A stretch of DNA of 64,000 bases from Candidatus Woesearchaeota archaeon (GTDB taxonomy: Archaea > Nanobdellota > Nanobdellia > Woesearchaeales > GW2011-AR9), in the NCBI GenBank assembly GCA_018302605.1, contig JAGVZN010000021.1:14157-78156 (forward strand). Reading direction: 5' to 3'. The notes under the pieces are model-generated. The model saw nothing but the letters and a program-made list of their open reading frames with translations. It was not told where the DNA came from and did not search any database. Positions 48,215 to 58,672 of the stretch are shown here, in pieces. The position numbers were made by a program, and so were the translations under genes. Within the stretch, counting starts at the first letter, position 1. The number at the start of each line of letters is the position of its first letter.

Positions 48215-49771
48215 CTACAAATTCTTTGCAAATTTTTGTGCATCGGTAACGGCTTGGTAATTAATTAATATCTCTCTTCCTTGCATTTCAGAAAATCTTG
48301 GTCGAAGGTAATGAATAATATCATTTTCAATGATTTCCGGGAGGGTGTAGGTCGGCCGTGCTAATCCCCGATCAACAAGAACTTTCTCTGCTTCGGGATC
48401 GAATGATATCGTAATGCCGTATTGAGAAGAGAATTCTCCGGCATAGGCCGCAAGATCACTCTTCATATCTGTGATAACAGCAGGAATAGCTGAAGGTGGA
48501 ATATTTTTTCTCATTCCGTAGGCTACTGCGGAAGAATGATATCTTGGTTCAACCTCAAGTTGATCTAATTCTGCTTTATAACTCTCGAGAGTCATTCTCG
48601 GTCTTGTGGGCGGAGATGTCTGCGTCTTTTCTTTGGGCGAAACCTGATTGGAGAACATCCTGCGCGGAGTTGATGAAGAAAGAAGTGTGCGGAGAGCGTT
48701 TTCAGGATCTTTTACAGTTTCTGTTGTAATTCTAACTTGACCAATATTGGTAGATGGAAGATGAAAGCGATAGTCTAATAACAGACCATCAACGATGGTG
48801 TGCAATCCCCTCCCACCAAGACCTAGGTGTGAGGATTTTTCTGCAATAGCGTGTAAAGCAGCATCATCAAAAGTTAATTCAATGCCATAGCCCGCAAATT
48901 CAAGCCTTTTTGTTTCCAGAACCGGAGATCTTGGTAATCTTAAGATCTCGTAGAGGGCTTTTTCATCTAAAGGGGCAAGTTCAGCGATGTTGGGTATGCG
49001 GCCGATAAATTGGCGATCAAACCCATATTGTAATAAATCAGAATCAATGGGTGAAGTGATTTGTTCATCACGTTTTTCATCTAGAGAGAATCCAATACCT
49101 GCTTTCCCGATTCTTTTATTGACGATAACATCTAAGCCATCAAAGGCGCCGCCCATTCCAAAGAGCATGTTTTCTGTGCGAATAGTTTGGTAGGGGGCTG
49201 CTTCTGAACCATACACTTTTATTTCTACTGAACCTTGGCGTGGGACGTGTGAATGAACGATGATCTCAGCCCCCTCAATAATTTTGAGAAGTGAAAATTG
49301 AACCGCTGAACCTGAAAAATCTTTCCCGATAATTCCTCTGCTGCGGGCAATTTTATCAATTTCATCAATGAAGATTATTCCACTCTCAGCTAACTCTCTA
49401 TCCCCGCCGGCTCTTTCAAAAAGCCTTCGCGGCAAATCATCAGCATCATCGCCCACTATCCCCTTTGCGGTCAATGCTGTAGCGTCTGCTGTTACAAAGG
49501 GGGCACCGATGTAATTTGCTGCCGTCTCTATCAACAAGGTCTTTCCTGTGCCTGTCGGGCCGATGAGAAGAAAGTTCGGTTTAAAGAGACGAGATGGCAG
49601 AGAAGCACTGCCTGGCGTTGTTTTCGTGATATACCTCAGCGTTGTGTAATGGCCGCAGAGTGCAGTAGCAACTACTTTTTTTGCATGTTCCTGTCCCACT
49701 ACTCTCCGATCAAGTACCTCTTTCAATTCAGCGGGACGGAGGGAAAACTGTTGTAAGTTGAAATGATCCAT
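48215..49771 (-). CDS. ClpX-like AAA+ ATPase lacking N-terminal zinc-binding domain
   Basis: VVGQEHAKKVV; Walker A GPTGTGKT; Walker B IIFIDEIDKI; ClpX-type GFG-like pore region and sensor; unique C-terminal extension of about 150 aa; no C4 zinc domain. Confidence 0.7.
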   Translation of the reverse strand: MDHFNLQQFSLRPAELKEVLDRRVVGQEHAKKVVATALCGHYTTLRYITKTTPGSASLPSRLFKPNFLLIGPTGTGKTLLIETAANYIGAPFVTADATALTAKGIVGDDADDLPRRLFERAGGDRELAESGIIFIDEIDKIARSRGIIGKDFSGSAVQFSLLKIIEGAEIIVHSHVPRQGSVEIKVYGSEAAPYQTIRTENMLFGMGGAFDGLDVIVNKRIGKAGIGFSLDEKRDEQITSPIDSDLLQYGFDRQFIGRIPNIAELAPLDEKALYEILRLPRSPVLETKRLEFAGYGIELTFDDAALHAIAEKSSHLGLGGRGLHTIVDGLLLDYRFHLPSTNIGQVRITTETVKDPENALRTLLSSSTPRRMFSNQVSPKEKTQTSPPTRPRMTLESYKAELDQLEVEPRYHSSAVAYGMRKNIPPSAIPAVITDMKSDLAAYAGEFSSQYGITISFDPEAEKVLVDRGLARPTYTLPEIIENDIIHYLRPRFSEMQGREILINYQAVTDAQKFAKNL

Positions 49772-49817
49772 AAATCTCTCTTTAGAGGCGTTATTTAAAA
49801 ACTTTCACTTCCAAAAA

Positions 49818-50603
49818 TCACAACTTCCTCGCAAACGTCAAAAAACCCGTATGTCCGAGCATCTCAAACTCCGGACGCATGATCCTATCTTCGATTTTCC
49901 ATTTCCGCTCCAATAATTCCATTGTTTCTAGAACATGAATCTTTGTTTTCTTGGTCGCTTCAATGAATTCTTTGACTTGGAGAAGACTGGGAAGATAGAC
50001 AACGAGCCAGCCGCCGGTCTTTAATGCTTTTTCAGCGTGTTCTAAAGCCAACCATGGTTCCGGCAGGTCAAATGTGACCAGATCAATATCTGTTTCTGTG
50101 ATTCCTTTGTAGACGTTCTCCTGCTTAAGAGTGATATTCGTGAATCCCACCATTTTGATATTTTTTTGCACGACATCATAATGCTCTGGATTTATCTCAT
50201 AGACAAAGATCTCTTTACAGACATTGGCGAGGGAGAGGCAAAGCGAGCCGCTGCCACCTCCGGCATCGACGATACGTGACTCTTTATTCACCCCGGTCTT
50301 TGCCAGGATCAGGCCGATATCTTTCTGGATCATGATCTGCGGACCGCGCTGGAAATGTGGATACAGATCGGAGAATGAAGGCTGTAAAGCTGTGAAAAGT
50401 TCTCCTTTATCACTTTTGATGGTCTCTTTGCTGCCTCGGAGGTCTGTTTTAGAAACAGTGCCGAAAGGAGTATGAAAATTATCGTCGAGGTCTTTGACGA
50501 GAAAGATTTTTTTGCTTTTACGATGCAGCAAGACTTTTTCGATATTTCTCATTAAGACCCCAAATAGCAGGAATATTTTTAAAATGTTCTCTCCAAATAG
50601 CAA
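49818..50603 (-). CDS. trmI: tRNA (m1A) methyltransferase TrmI/Gcd14
   Basis: SAM-binding VDAGGGSGSL and C-terminal GHTGFLTFARK motif. Confidence 0.65.
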   Translation of the reverse strand: MLFGENILKIFLLFGVLMRNIEKVLLHRKSKKIFLVKDLDDNFHTPFGTVSKTDLRGSKETIKSDKGELFTALQPSFSDLYPHFQRGPQIMIQKDIGLILAKTGVNKESRIVDAGGGSGSLCLSLANVCKEIFVYEINPEHYDVVQKNIKMVGFTNITLKQENVYKGITETDIDLVTFDLPEPWLALEHAEKALKTGGWLVVYLPSLLQVKEFIEATKKTKIHVLETMELLERKWKIEDRIMRPEFEMLGHTGFLTFARKL

Positions 50604-50606
50604 ATC

Positions 50607-51161
50607 ATGACCTTTGAGAACGAAAAGAAGACCTATTTGGGGAAGATGGACAAGAGTAAAAAAGGTGAGATTGATCCCAAAATAAAATCGCTTCTCGCTG
50701 CGTTTAATGTTCTCCCAGAGTATTATACAACCTCTTCTTGTTCCGGCCGGGTCTATCTTTGGCGCGGTTCGGGGAAGAAAAATGAGCTAGAATGGCTCAA
50801 GATGAGCCATGATCTGATCGATCTTGATTTTCTGAAGATAAACACCTACAACGGTTTAGTCTGGCTGCGTCTGGAAGGGATGATCCTGCATATTGCCTGC
50901 CGTAATCTCGATGCCGCAAATCTGCTGTTGGAAAAAGTACGGCAGCTGTATAAGAAGAGCGGCATCTTGAGCGCGAGCAATAAGATCATCGTTGAAATCC
51001 GCGGCAGTGAGTTTATGGAAATGCCATTATATAATGGAGAGAAATTGCTGTTTGTGGGAGAGGGGGATTGGTTGGTGGGATTGATCAATCAGAAGCTGGA
51101 AAAGATGTGGAATGGTATTGAAAAGCTGACCAGAGAAATTGCTGAAGCAAACAGGAACTAA
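50607..51161 (+). CDS. taw3: tRNA wybutosine-synthesizing protein 3 (Taw3/TYW3)
   Basis: TSSCSGRV motif characteristic of the TYW3 family. Confidence 0.65.
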   Translation: MTFENEKKTYLGKMDKSKKGEIDPKIKSLLAAFNVLPEYYTTSSCSGRVYLWRGSGKKNELEWLKMSHDLIDLDFLKINTYNGLVWLRLEGMILHIACRNLDAANLLLEKVRQLYKKSGILSASNKIIVEIRGSEFMEMPLYNGEKLLFVGEGDWLVGLINQKLEKMWNGIEKLTREIAEANRN

Positions 51162-51302
51162 CCTGTGTATTGTTGTGAATCTATTACTGATCCACTGTTA
51201 ATCTCTTTCTCCTCTTGGTTCATATAGCGAAGGACACAAATAATTATACAAAATAGTTGTGTCCTTCGAATATAGTAAGTGACACAGGTATAAATATTTA
51301 GG

Positions 51303-51602
51303 TCACTTACTATAGATGACATCGTCTATTGACGCGATAGTTCCAAAAAGATAATCCCCGGCTTTGAACGGGTCTTGGCATTCTTTGATCTTCTGATCAT
51401 TTCTGAGAAAGTCAGCAGTTATCGTCAATCGTTCCGCGGTGATAATCGCCAGGCCATATCTTTGTTCAAAAGCATCAGCGATCTCTCCTCTAATGATGAG
51501 GGTTGATCTTAGCGGGCCGATAAAAGGATAAGCCTCGTAGTGCGTATGCTTCTCGACAATATTTTTTCCCGAAATATTAACAGTGTATTGTGTGGTAGTC
51601 AT
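51303..51602 (-). CDS. hypothetical protein
   Basis: 99-aa ORF. Confidence 0.4.
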   Translation of the reverse strand: MTTTQYTVNISGKNIVEKHTHYEAYPFIGPLRSTLIIRGEIADAFEQRYGLAIITAERLTITADFLRNDQKIKECQDPFKAGDYLFGTIASIDDVIYSK

Positions 51603-51612
51603 CTTTCACTTC

Positions 51613-51993
51613 TTAATCGGCAATTTCTTCAAAGCCAATGATCCGATATCCTGTAGGAAGTTCAAATTGGCTGTTCACCACTTCTTCTCTTCGATAGTCT
51701 CGTGGTCCAGAGACAGTTGTCTCTCGGCCTTCCCGTATTCTGCGGTGGACGGCCAACATTGGCTCTATTCCATCTTCAAATCGTATCCTTGCCGAATGAT
51801 ATGGAACTTCTACGATTGATCTTCGATCCCCTGGTGGTCTCTCTTCTGGTCTGTTTCCAACATTTCCAACCAACCGACTCACAACCAGAAACCGGTCTGG
51901 TGGTGTGGGTAAACCAGTTTTGGAGAAAAATCTGATTTCGTCCACTCTATACCTGTCGTCCCATTCCTGAGTGATCCGCGAGGTCAATTCCAT
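51613..51993 (-). CDS. hypothetical protein
   Basis: 126-aa ORF in tandem with 51303-51602. Confidence 0.4.
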   Translation of the reverse strand: MELTSRITQEWDDRYRVDEIRFFSKTGLPTPPDRFLVVSRLVGNVGNRPEERPPGDRRSIVEVPYHSARIRFEDGIEPMLAVHRRIREGRETTVSGPRDYRREEVVNSQFELPTGYRIIGFEEIAD

Positions 51994-52053
51994 TTTCTGT
52001 GCAGGTAAAAAAAGTTGTTAAAAAAAGAAAAAAAAAGAAGAAAACAACCGCTT

Positions 52054-54744
52054 TTATCTCTTCCTCCAGATCAAAGCCATGGCCAAGACCAGAGCGACAA
52101 AGATCAGTACGACCATCCCGCCGAGAAGCAGGGTGTAATTGCTGCTGTCACGCAGGGAACTATTGACCTGCGGCTGGTTTGCCGTCAGCTTGGCGTTCAA
52201 CTGCTCTTGAAGCTGTTTAGCCAGCGCATCTTGTCCTGTCTCTCCACTGCCGCCGAGAACGGCTGCTCCCGTTACGCCGCAGTTCTGGATGTTCAAGGTC
52301 ACGGTCGATGTCGTCTGTAGTGTGCCGTCACGGAGAACTTCAATGGTCAAAGGATAGCTTCCCGGTGCAGTTTTCTGAAGATCGATCGTAAACGTCGTCT
52401 TGTATTCGCTGTCGGAATCGCTGAACTTATCCAGCTTGATGTTTTTCTTGGATAGATCTAACTTCAGCGCGCTGTTCTTGACACGGATTTCGACATTGTC
52501 TTCATCGTTGCTGCCGAGGTTCTTGATGGTCACATCAAGCGTCTCATACGGCTGGCTGCAGAAAGCATTTCCGCTGAGGAGGGCAGCCTGCTTGACGATG
52601 ATGTCGTGGCTTTTCACGTCTACATCAACGACCAGCGTGGTAGTTGTCTCATGGACGGTATTGTCATCGGCTTTTCCGTGGACGGTGACCAAAAGGGTGT
52701 ATTGTTTCTTGTCCACGTTTTCATCGCGGAGATCAAAGGTCACTTCGACTTTGTCATCATCTCCGCCGCTGCTTAACTTGAACGTATCTGATTCTTCTTC
52801 CAGGTCATCACCGTCAACATTGAGGATCTGGACATTGACATAAACATCGTCCATAGTTTCGCTGTAATCGTTTTTGACGGTCACTTCCACTGTGTTTTCA
52901 TCGACCAAAGAGAGTTTTCCGCTCGTTTTATCATTGATCTTGATTGTATCAATGGTCAGGAAACTCTTAGAATTGATGTACACGGGAATTGATTTTGCGC
53001 CTTTATCGCTGGAAACTTTGATCGTTCCAACCAGCTTCTTGCCGGAGTTGCTATTCTTGCTGGAATCCAGCTGCAGGGTGACTGTCTTACTCTCTTCTGG
53101 CGCAAGCTCTGCCGGAGCGTTCAACAACTTGGCATTTGTCGTGCTGGCAAAACCGCTGAGTTCAAAGACGATGCTCTTCACGCTTTCTGTCGTTCCCAGG
53201 TTCTGAACCTGAAATGTCGTGCTCAGCGTGGTTGCTGTCTTGTTGTCATCAAGGACGATCTCACTCGGGACGGCTAATTCTGCCGTTTTCTGCTGCATGG
53301 CAACATAGGTGGAGAAGCCGGCGACAGAAAAAGTGAATCCGCTTGCCGGTTGTGGATTTGCTGTCGTACAGGTCGTTTCCGGGCAAAGTACAGCCTGATT
53401 AACGATGGCTGCGTCGGCAAAGCCGTCATATTTGTACAATTTCACGGGCGCTTTTCCATCGACGTCTTTAAGAAAGACAGTTGCCGGCTTGTTGAGGCCT
53501 GGTGCGTTGACGCTATCTACAGCGACAAAATTGCTGCCTATTTTGACAACATCATTAAGGTAAAGGACATTGCTCAGATCAACTGTCTGGCTGAATGTTA
53601 ACGTTCCTCCAGCAGTGCTTAACACAAGATCTTTGACACTAGCGGGGTTGCTAAGCTGATCGATCTGGCTCTGTGTCCAGCCAAATGCCGCAAGATCCAG
53701 CGGCTTATCAGCAACAGTCACTTTCCAGGTTTTTGCTTCCTGGCCGAGAGCTGCTTTGACCGTAAATTCTCCCGCGGTGGTGAACTTGTAGTTGAAGTTC
53801 TTTCCCGTACCTTTTTGCGTTCCACCAACTGTCCAGACTACGGAGCTGGCATAATTTCCCTCATTGGCGGCGACGCCGAAAGAGACAGTCTTCCCGTCGA
53901 GGACTTTCAGATCTGTTTCGCTCGGCGTGGCTGTGCTGCTGAGGCACGATTGTTTTGTAACCATTACTGTTTCAGTATTGGCCGTACTGCCGGGAATATT
54001 ATTGATGTAGTTAAATCCCGTTTCTACACTCAGCGTGTGTTGTCCTTCTGTGGCGATAGCAACTTGGAGGAGGAGTTTTTTGCTTTCTCCTGGTTCAAGG
54101 GCAAGATCCACGCCAGCTTTCGCAGAATTATATAACTCTGAAGATCCATCGATGACTTTCATCACAACATCATCTTCAGCTACTTTCCCGGTATTGGTCA
54201 CGGTTGCCGTTAATGTTACGGATGAAGAACAGGTTAAAGTCGTCTTTTCCGCGGGCAGAGACTCCAGTTTTACCACGATTTCTGCTTTTTCTTTCTTGAC
54301 GAGGAAGCTGAACTCAGTTCCCGTACGCTGAGGCAGGTCATCAAGAGTCTGTCCTTCTGTCGCCAGAAGCAACGTATAGTTCCCTTCCGGAAGATCAGCA
54401 GGCAGGGTAGTCGTGATTTTCTGGACCGGGCTTTCTTGTCCGGCATCAAGGTGGAACTCAGTTTTTCCATCTATCGAAAATTCATAGCCGTCGCCATCAC
54501 TGTTCTCGTCGATGATGGAATTCTTAATCTGAATCACTTTTTCATCTAGCGTATTCTTTACTTTGAATGAGACTTCCAATGTATCTAATGGTTTCAGGGT
54601 GACGTTCTCTGTCGTAGAGATATCTTTCCCGTTAAGCGAAACGCTGGTCTGGGTGAGTCCGTCGCCGTCAGCAAGAGCAATCGCTGCCGTTGCCAGGATA
54701 AGCAGGACCACGAGCACAGCGCTCAGTATGGTTTGTTTTTTCAT
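52054..54744 (-). CDS. large surface (S-layer-like) protein with C-terminal TM anchor
   Basis: Signal peptide; Thr/Val-rich beta repeats; C-terminal LLLGGMVVLIFVALVLAMALIWRKR. Confidence 0.6.
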   Translation of the reverse strand: MKKQTILSAVLVVLLILATAAIALADGDGLTQTSVSLNGKDISTTENVTLKPLDTLEVSFKVKNTLDEKVIQIKNSIIDENSDGDGYEFSIDGKTEFHLDAGQESPVQKITTTLPADLPEGNYTLLLATEGQTLDDLPQRTGTEFSFLVKKEKAEIVVKLESLPAEKTTLTCSSSVTLTATVTNTGKVAEDDVVMKVIDGSSELYNSAKAGVDLALEPGESKKLLLQVAIATEGQHTLSVETGFNYINNIPGSTANTETVMVTKQSCLSSTATPSETDLKVLDGKTVSFGVAANEGNYASSVVWTVGGTQKGTGKNFNYKFTTAGEFTVKAALGQEAKTWKVTVADKPLDLAAFGWTQSQIDQLSNPASVKDLVLSTAGGTLTFSQTVDLSNVLYLNDVVKIGSNFVAVDSVNAPGLNKPATVFLKDVDGKAPVKLYKYDGFADAAIVNQAVLCPETTCTTANPQPASGFTFSVAGFSTYVAMQQKTAELAVPSEIVLDDNKTATTLSTTFQVQNLGTTESVKSIVFELSGFASTTNAKLLNAPAELAPEESKTVTLQLDSSKNSNSGKKLVGTIKVSSDKGAKSIPVYINSKSFLTIDTIKINDKTSGKLSLVDENTVEVTVKNDYSETMDDVYVNVQILNVDGDDLEEESDTFKLSSGGDDDKVEVTFDLRDENVDKKQYTLLVTVHGKADDNTVHETTTTLVVDVDVKSHDIIVKQAALLSGNAFCSQPYETLDVTIKNLGSNDEDNVEIRVKNSALKLDLSKKNIKLDKFSDSDSEYKTTFTIDLQKTAPGSYPLTIEVLRDGTLQTTSTVTLNIQNCGVTGAAVLGGSGETGQDALAKQLQEQLNAKLTANQPQVNSSLRDSSNYTLLLGGMVVLIFVALVLAMALIWRKR

Positions 54745-56378
54745 GGTTCTTCCCTCGTCTGTTTGTTTTTATTGATTGATTTTTTTTCTGATGATACTAC
54801 TTTTTCTGAATTTACTCTTTCTTGATTTTTTTGTCTCTTCTCGTTATGGGGTCCTTCACTTTCTTTCTCTTTTTCTTTTGTGCGTTGTTCTCCCTGTTGA
54901 AAAAGAAGGACAAGCATCCAGGTGATAAAAGCAAGAATGATGACTACGCCGGTGATCAGCAAGGCGGCAGCGATGTCATCGTTGGTATAAGGATCTTCGA
55001 TGGTCTTGATAACAGGCGATGTTTTTACAGACGGAGCTTTATCTCCTGCCGCCGGCTCTTTACCAGCCAGCAAACCCTGCCCTTTTTCGGCATTTTCAGT
55101 CGCAGAACCGGTAGTCTTGTCAAGCGTTTTTGCCAGCTCATTCTCCTCTGCTTTATTTTCTGTGGAGGCCGGTTCGGTGATCGTGCATTTCTCTAACTTG
55201 AACGGGATAATCTGCCGGTCACTGTCTTGATTTTTTCGGATCAGTAACGTGACATCTAGAGGATATGCACCAGCCGGCAGATCTTTGGGGATGAGGAATG
55301 ACGTTGTAAAATCATAGCTATTATCACTTTTGCTGCTGCGGGGAAGAGAAATGTCCGGGATGTTTTCTTTCACCCCTAATTTTTGATTAAAGATGATCAA
55401 GCCAACATTTTCCTGATCATTGGTCCCAAAGTTCTTGATGGTGAGATGTATACTTGCGCTCTGTTCACAGGCTGCCGTTGCCGGTGTTATCTCTGCCGTC
55501 GTTATCCGGACATCATCTCTAATTCTTTCTACGGAAAGAGTAAGCTCTTTCTTCACTTCATGGACAAAATTTTTTCCGTCTTCGGCGCTCAGCGTGATCT
55601 CAAAGACAAATTCATCAGGGTCAACGTCATCGTCAATCATGAAAGTGATGACTTTGCTGTCTTTCTTCTGAGCGCCAAGGTCATCAAAAGTATAGACTTC
55701 ATCAAACTCCTGGTCAACAAAGAGATCCAGATCATCGGGTTCGATCTCCAATTCGAGATCGGATAATTCTGCATCATCCTGATCGTAATCACGATCAAAG
55801 AGATTTTCCAGTTCAAAAGTCATCTTTACTTCCGTACCCGGCTTTACATTATTATCCAGCGTTAATTCTGCGTTTTTTTCGGTATCAAATAATTGGCTTC
55901 GGCTTTTCCCCGTTTTATCCGTATATTCTACTTTGATCTCAGAAAGAAGAAGCATTGATTTGGTATTTTGAGTGAGCGTTTTACTGGCTAACACTTGTTT
56001 TGTCAGCGCATCTTTGATGGTCAGCGTGCCGATGGACGACTGGCCGGAACCTTTCTTATGCGGCACTTTAATCGTAAATGGGACCGTTTTTGTTTCTCCA
56101 GCGGCGAGGGTGGCCGTCACTTCTCCTGCTTGATAATCGGTGGGCAGATTGCTGAATTCAAGGCTGATCTGCGCGTTTTCAGTTCCATCATTGGCGAGAT
56201 TTACCTTGCCATTGACGTCAATCTGCTTCTGTGATTCTTCCGTAAACTGGTTATAATCTGCTTCGATGATGATCTTTTCATCAGTGATCTGGACGGCGGC
56301 GGCGGCGCTGATCGCTGTGATCAGTATTAACAATAAAACGATGGTTAGATGCTTGAATCTGGGTTTGAATGAAGCCAT
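54741..56378 (-). CDS. surface protein with C-terminal TM anchor and Lys-rich tail
   Basis: Signal peptide; acidic repeats; TM (LLITGVVIILAFITWMLVLLF) then basic tail; stop overlaps the downstream start. Confidence 0.55.
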   Translation of the reverse strand: MASFKPRFKHLTIVLLLILITAISAAAAVQITDEKIIIEADYNQFTEESQKQIDVNGKVNLANDGTENAQISLEFSNLPTDYQAGEVTATLAAGETKTVPFTIKVPHKKGSGQSSIGTLTIKDALTKQVLASKTLTQNTKSMLLLSEIKVEYTDKTGKSRSQLFDTEKNAELTLDNNVKPGTEVKMTFELENLFDRDYDQDDAELSDLELEIEPDDLDLFVDQEFDEVYTFDDLGAQKKDSKVITFMIDDDVDPDEFVFEITLSAEDGKNFVHEVKKELTLSVERIRDDVRITTAEITPATAACEQSASIHLTIKNFGTNDQENVGLIIFNQKLGVKENIPDISLPRSSKSDNSYDFTTSFLIPKDLPAGAYPLDVTLLIRKNQDSDRQIIPFKLEKCTITEPASTENKAEENELAKTLDKTTGSATENAEKGQGLLAGKEPAAGDKAPSVKTSPVIKTIEDPYTNDDIAAALLITGVVIILAFITWMLVLLFQQGEQRTKEKEKESEGPHNEKRQKNQERVNSEKVVSSEKKSINKNKQTREEP

Positions 56379-56421
56379 GGCGTTGTACCTATTCTAAAGT
56401 AGTATTCTGGGAGGGTATATT

Positions 56422-57564
56422 TTGGAGTTTCTATTTAAATGTTGTGGTGTTTTGGGGAGGGGACTGCGGACCGACCAAATACTTCTGAATAGTGATAACA
56501 ACCACAAAATTTATAAACAAAGTGACTCTTCAAAAAAATACAACAATATATTACGAGGTATAGCAATGGATCTTACGCAGACAAATTTAGAACTCGAACA
56601 GAAAATCAGAGAATTAGCGGATTTACCTAAAACCTGGTCTGCTGAAGACTTGTCTGATCTTGAGCAGGCTCGCAAAATTGCAGGTGAGCTTGATACCGTT
56701 TTGCATAATGCAATAAGTCACTTGGTCCCGGATGTTAATGCCGTGCAGATTGAATTAGTTCCTAAAGACAAAGACGACCTCCTCAATATGGTCAGGCGAG
56801 AGATTTACTTCGGTATGGATAGACATGTTTGGGTTGATTATGTAACATCACGATTCCCTTTAGCCCCTCCCGACCCTTTTGTTTTTAATGCACATCTCCC
56901 CTTCTCTTTTACGACGGGTACACATGGTAGTGGAGAACGTGATGCGGTTGGTGCATCGTGCACAAGTGTTTCATTTTCAGTTTTGACGCTTCTGCCTCAT
57001 TTCCACCCTGTATTAAAATTAAACTTAGAATCTTCCAACTACGGAGCCATTCGTACGCCATCTTTGCTGATCGGCGAAGAAGTGAAATCAGTGAGATTAG
57101 TTTCCGTTGATGATCTGGCCTTTAGTCCGATTTATGACGGGTGGAGTGATGATCTACGTAGGACATCTGCGTTGTCCCATTATTTGAATTTTAAAGGTTT
57201 TTCCCGGACATCGATTAATCCCGAGTTGATTCCTGATTGCTCGTGGAAAGAATCCGTAGTAGATATGATGCGTAAAATATCTTACCTCTCAACAGCCTCT
57301 TTTGATGATTTTTACCATAACCGAGTATGGTCCGGGTTTGTTGCCCTGGATGAGCCGCAAGGCATAACTTTGTATGAAGTTGATCATCTTGCCATGCCTG
57401 CAGAATTGGAAGGGACTGATCAAGGAATACAAAAATCTTTAGTATGTGCCGCGTATGCTGTTTTTTTACAGAGACAAGAAAATTCAGGCGAAAAAATAAC
57501 TGCTTATCGAGGAAAAGAATCCATTAGGGCTCTTAGCTCGGTTACGAAGGAAAGGAGATTTTGA
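56422..57564 (+). CDS. hypothetical protein (cassette gene 1)
   Basis: 380-aa ORF; start likely at the internal MDLTQT. Confidence 0.4.
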   Translation: MEFLFKCCGVLGRGLRTDQILLNSDNNHKIYKQSDSSKKYNNILRGIAMDLTQTNLELEQKIRELADLPKTWSAEDLSDLEQARKIAGELDTVLHNAISHLVPDVNAVQIELVPKDKDDLLNMVRREIYFGMDRHVWVDYVTSRFPLAPPDPFVFNAHLPFSFTTGTHGSGERDAVGASCTSVSFSVLTLLPHFHPVLKLNLESSNYGAIRTPSLLIGEEVKSVRLVSVDDLAFSPIYDGWSDDLRRTSALSHYLNFKGFSRTSINPELIPDCSWKESVVDMMRKISYLSTASFDDFYHNRVWSGFVALDEPQGITLYEVDHLAMPAELEGTDQGIQKSLVCAAYAVFLQRQENSGEKITAYRGKESIRALSSVTKERRF

Positions 57565-57571
57565 AAAATGA

Positions 57572-58618
57572 ATGGGGGGCTTTAAACTCATGCTAAAACA
57601 TTATGCTCAGGATATGGTTTCAAATACAGATCCCGTTCAATCATCAACAAGTGATGTTCGATTATCCGGAAAAGATGTTCAATTACCATCAAATGGTTTG
57701 TCCCTTCCAGAAGTGATTGAGATATTAGATAGTCCTTTTTGGAAATGCTATTCAATTTTTGACAAAATTGCTGAAGGCACAGATGATCCCAGAATTCCTC
57801 CCCTAATTTCAGATGAAATTTTAGCCAAACTATCATTAAATCGAAAAGACCTCAGAACATTAGCTCTCGCGGAAAACGCCAACTGGCAAAGAAATAGGGG
57901 TCCTCGAACAAGTGACAGTCCTAAAGAGATTTTGAGAATATTCCACCTCTTAAAACAATATCCGGGAGCCGATTTTAGACCGGGTGATTTTGAATCAATA
58001 GGGAGCATTGATAATATCGAATCGAGGCTTAAATTTTATTCTTCTCTCTCTCAAGGAAGAATAGAGGAATTGTATTCTATTGAAGGAATACCGCTTACTT
58101 CTGACACCATTGATCTTCGCTTATCTCAAAGTCATGGAGGAATAGCCCTTGATTTACGAGATAATTCCGAGCGAAGATTCGTCGGATTCACTCCTTACTT
58201 GTCCATTGTGAGAGGACTACTGGATGAAAATACTACTATTATTGATGAGATTCAAGGGGCAAGAGGAAAAAAAGAGGAACAAGATGCATTCAAAGAAAGA
58301 TATGGCATTGGGCCTGAAAAATTAAATTTTTTGCTATATCTCCAACTCGGTTGCGTTTTAGGCAATCAAAGAATAAGTATTGCAACACAGCAACGAGGTT
58401 TTCAGGGAAATTACCATAGCCCTTTGTATAATCTACCAACATTTACTTTAAGAATAAGACCTGATGAAGATGGTAGATGCTATACTAGTACTCAAGATGT
58501 TGTTCAACCAAAAATCGACGCCTTTAGAAAGAGGATTCCGATTGTTGATCGACTATTTGAAGTGGTAGGGGGGTATGTTAAAGACTGCGGAGTGAACACC
58601 CTCAAAATGGGCGTATAA
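57572..58618 (+). CDS. hypothetical protein (cassette gene 2)
   Basis: 348-aa ORF 8 nt after gene 1. Confidence 0.4.
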   Translation: MGGFKLMLKHYAQDMVSNTDPVQSSTSDVRLSGKDVQLPSNGLSLPEVIEILDSPFWKCYSIFDKIAEGTDDPRIPPLISDEILAKLSLNRKDLRTLALAENANWQRNRGPRTSDSPKEILRIFHLLKQYPGADFRPGDFESIGSIDNIESRLKFYSSLSQGRIEELYSIEGIPLTSDTIDLRLSQSHGGIALDLRDNSERRFVGFTPYLSIVRGLLDENTTIIDEIQGARGKKEEQDAFKERYGIGPEKLNFLLYLQLGCVLGNQRISIATQQRGFQGNYHSPLYNLPTFTLRIRPDEDGRCYTSTQDVVQPKIDAFRKRIPIVDRLFEVVGGYVKDCGVNTLKMGV

Positions 58619-58672
58619 TTCCGTTTTTATTTCCCCGCAAAATTTAGCGGAATATTCTCTCTTTTTCTATTC

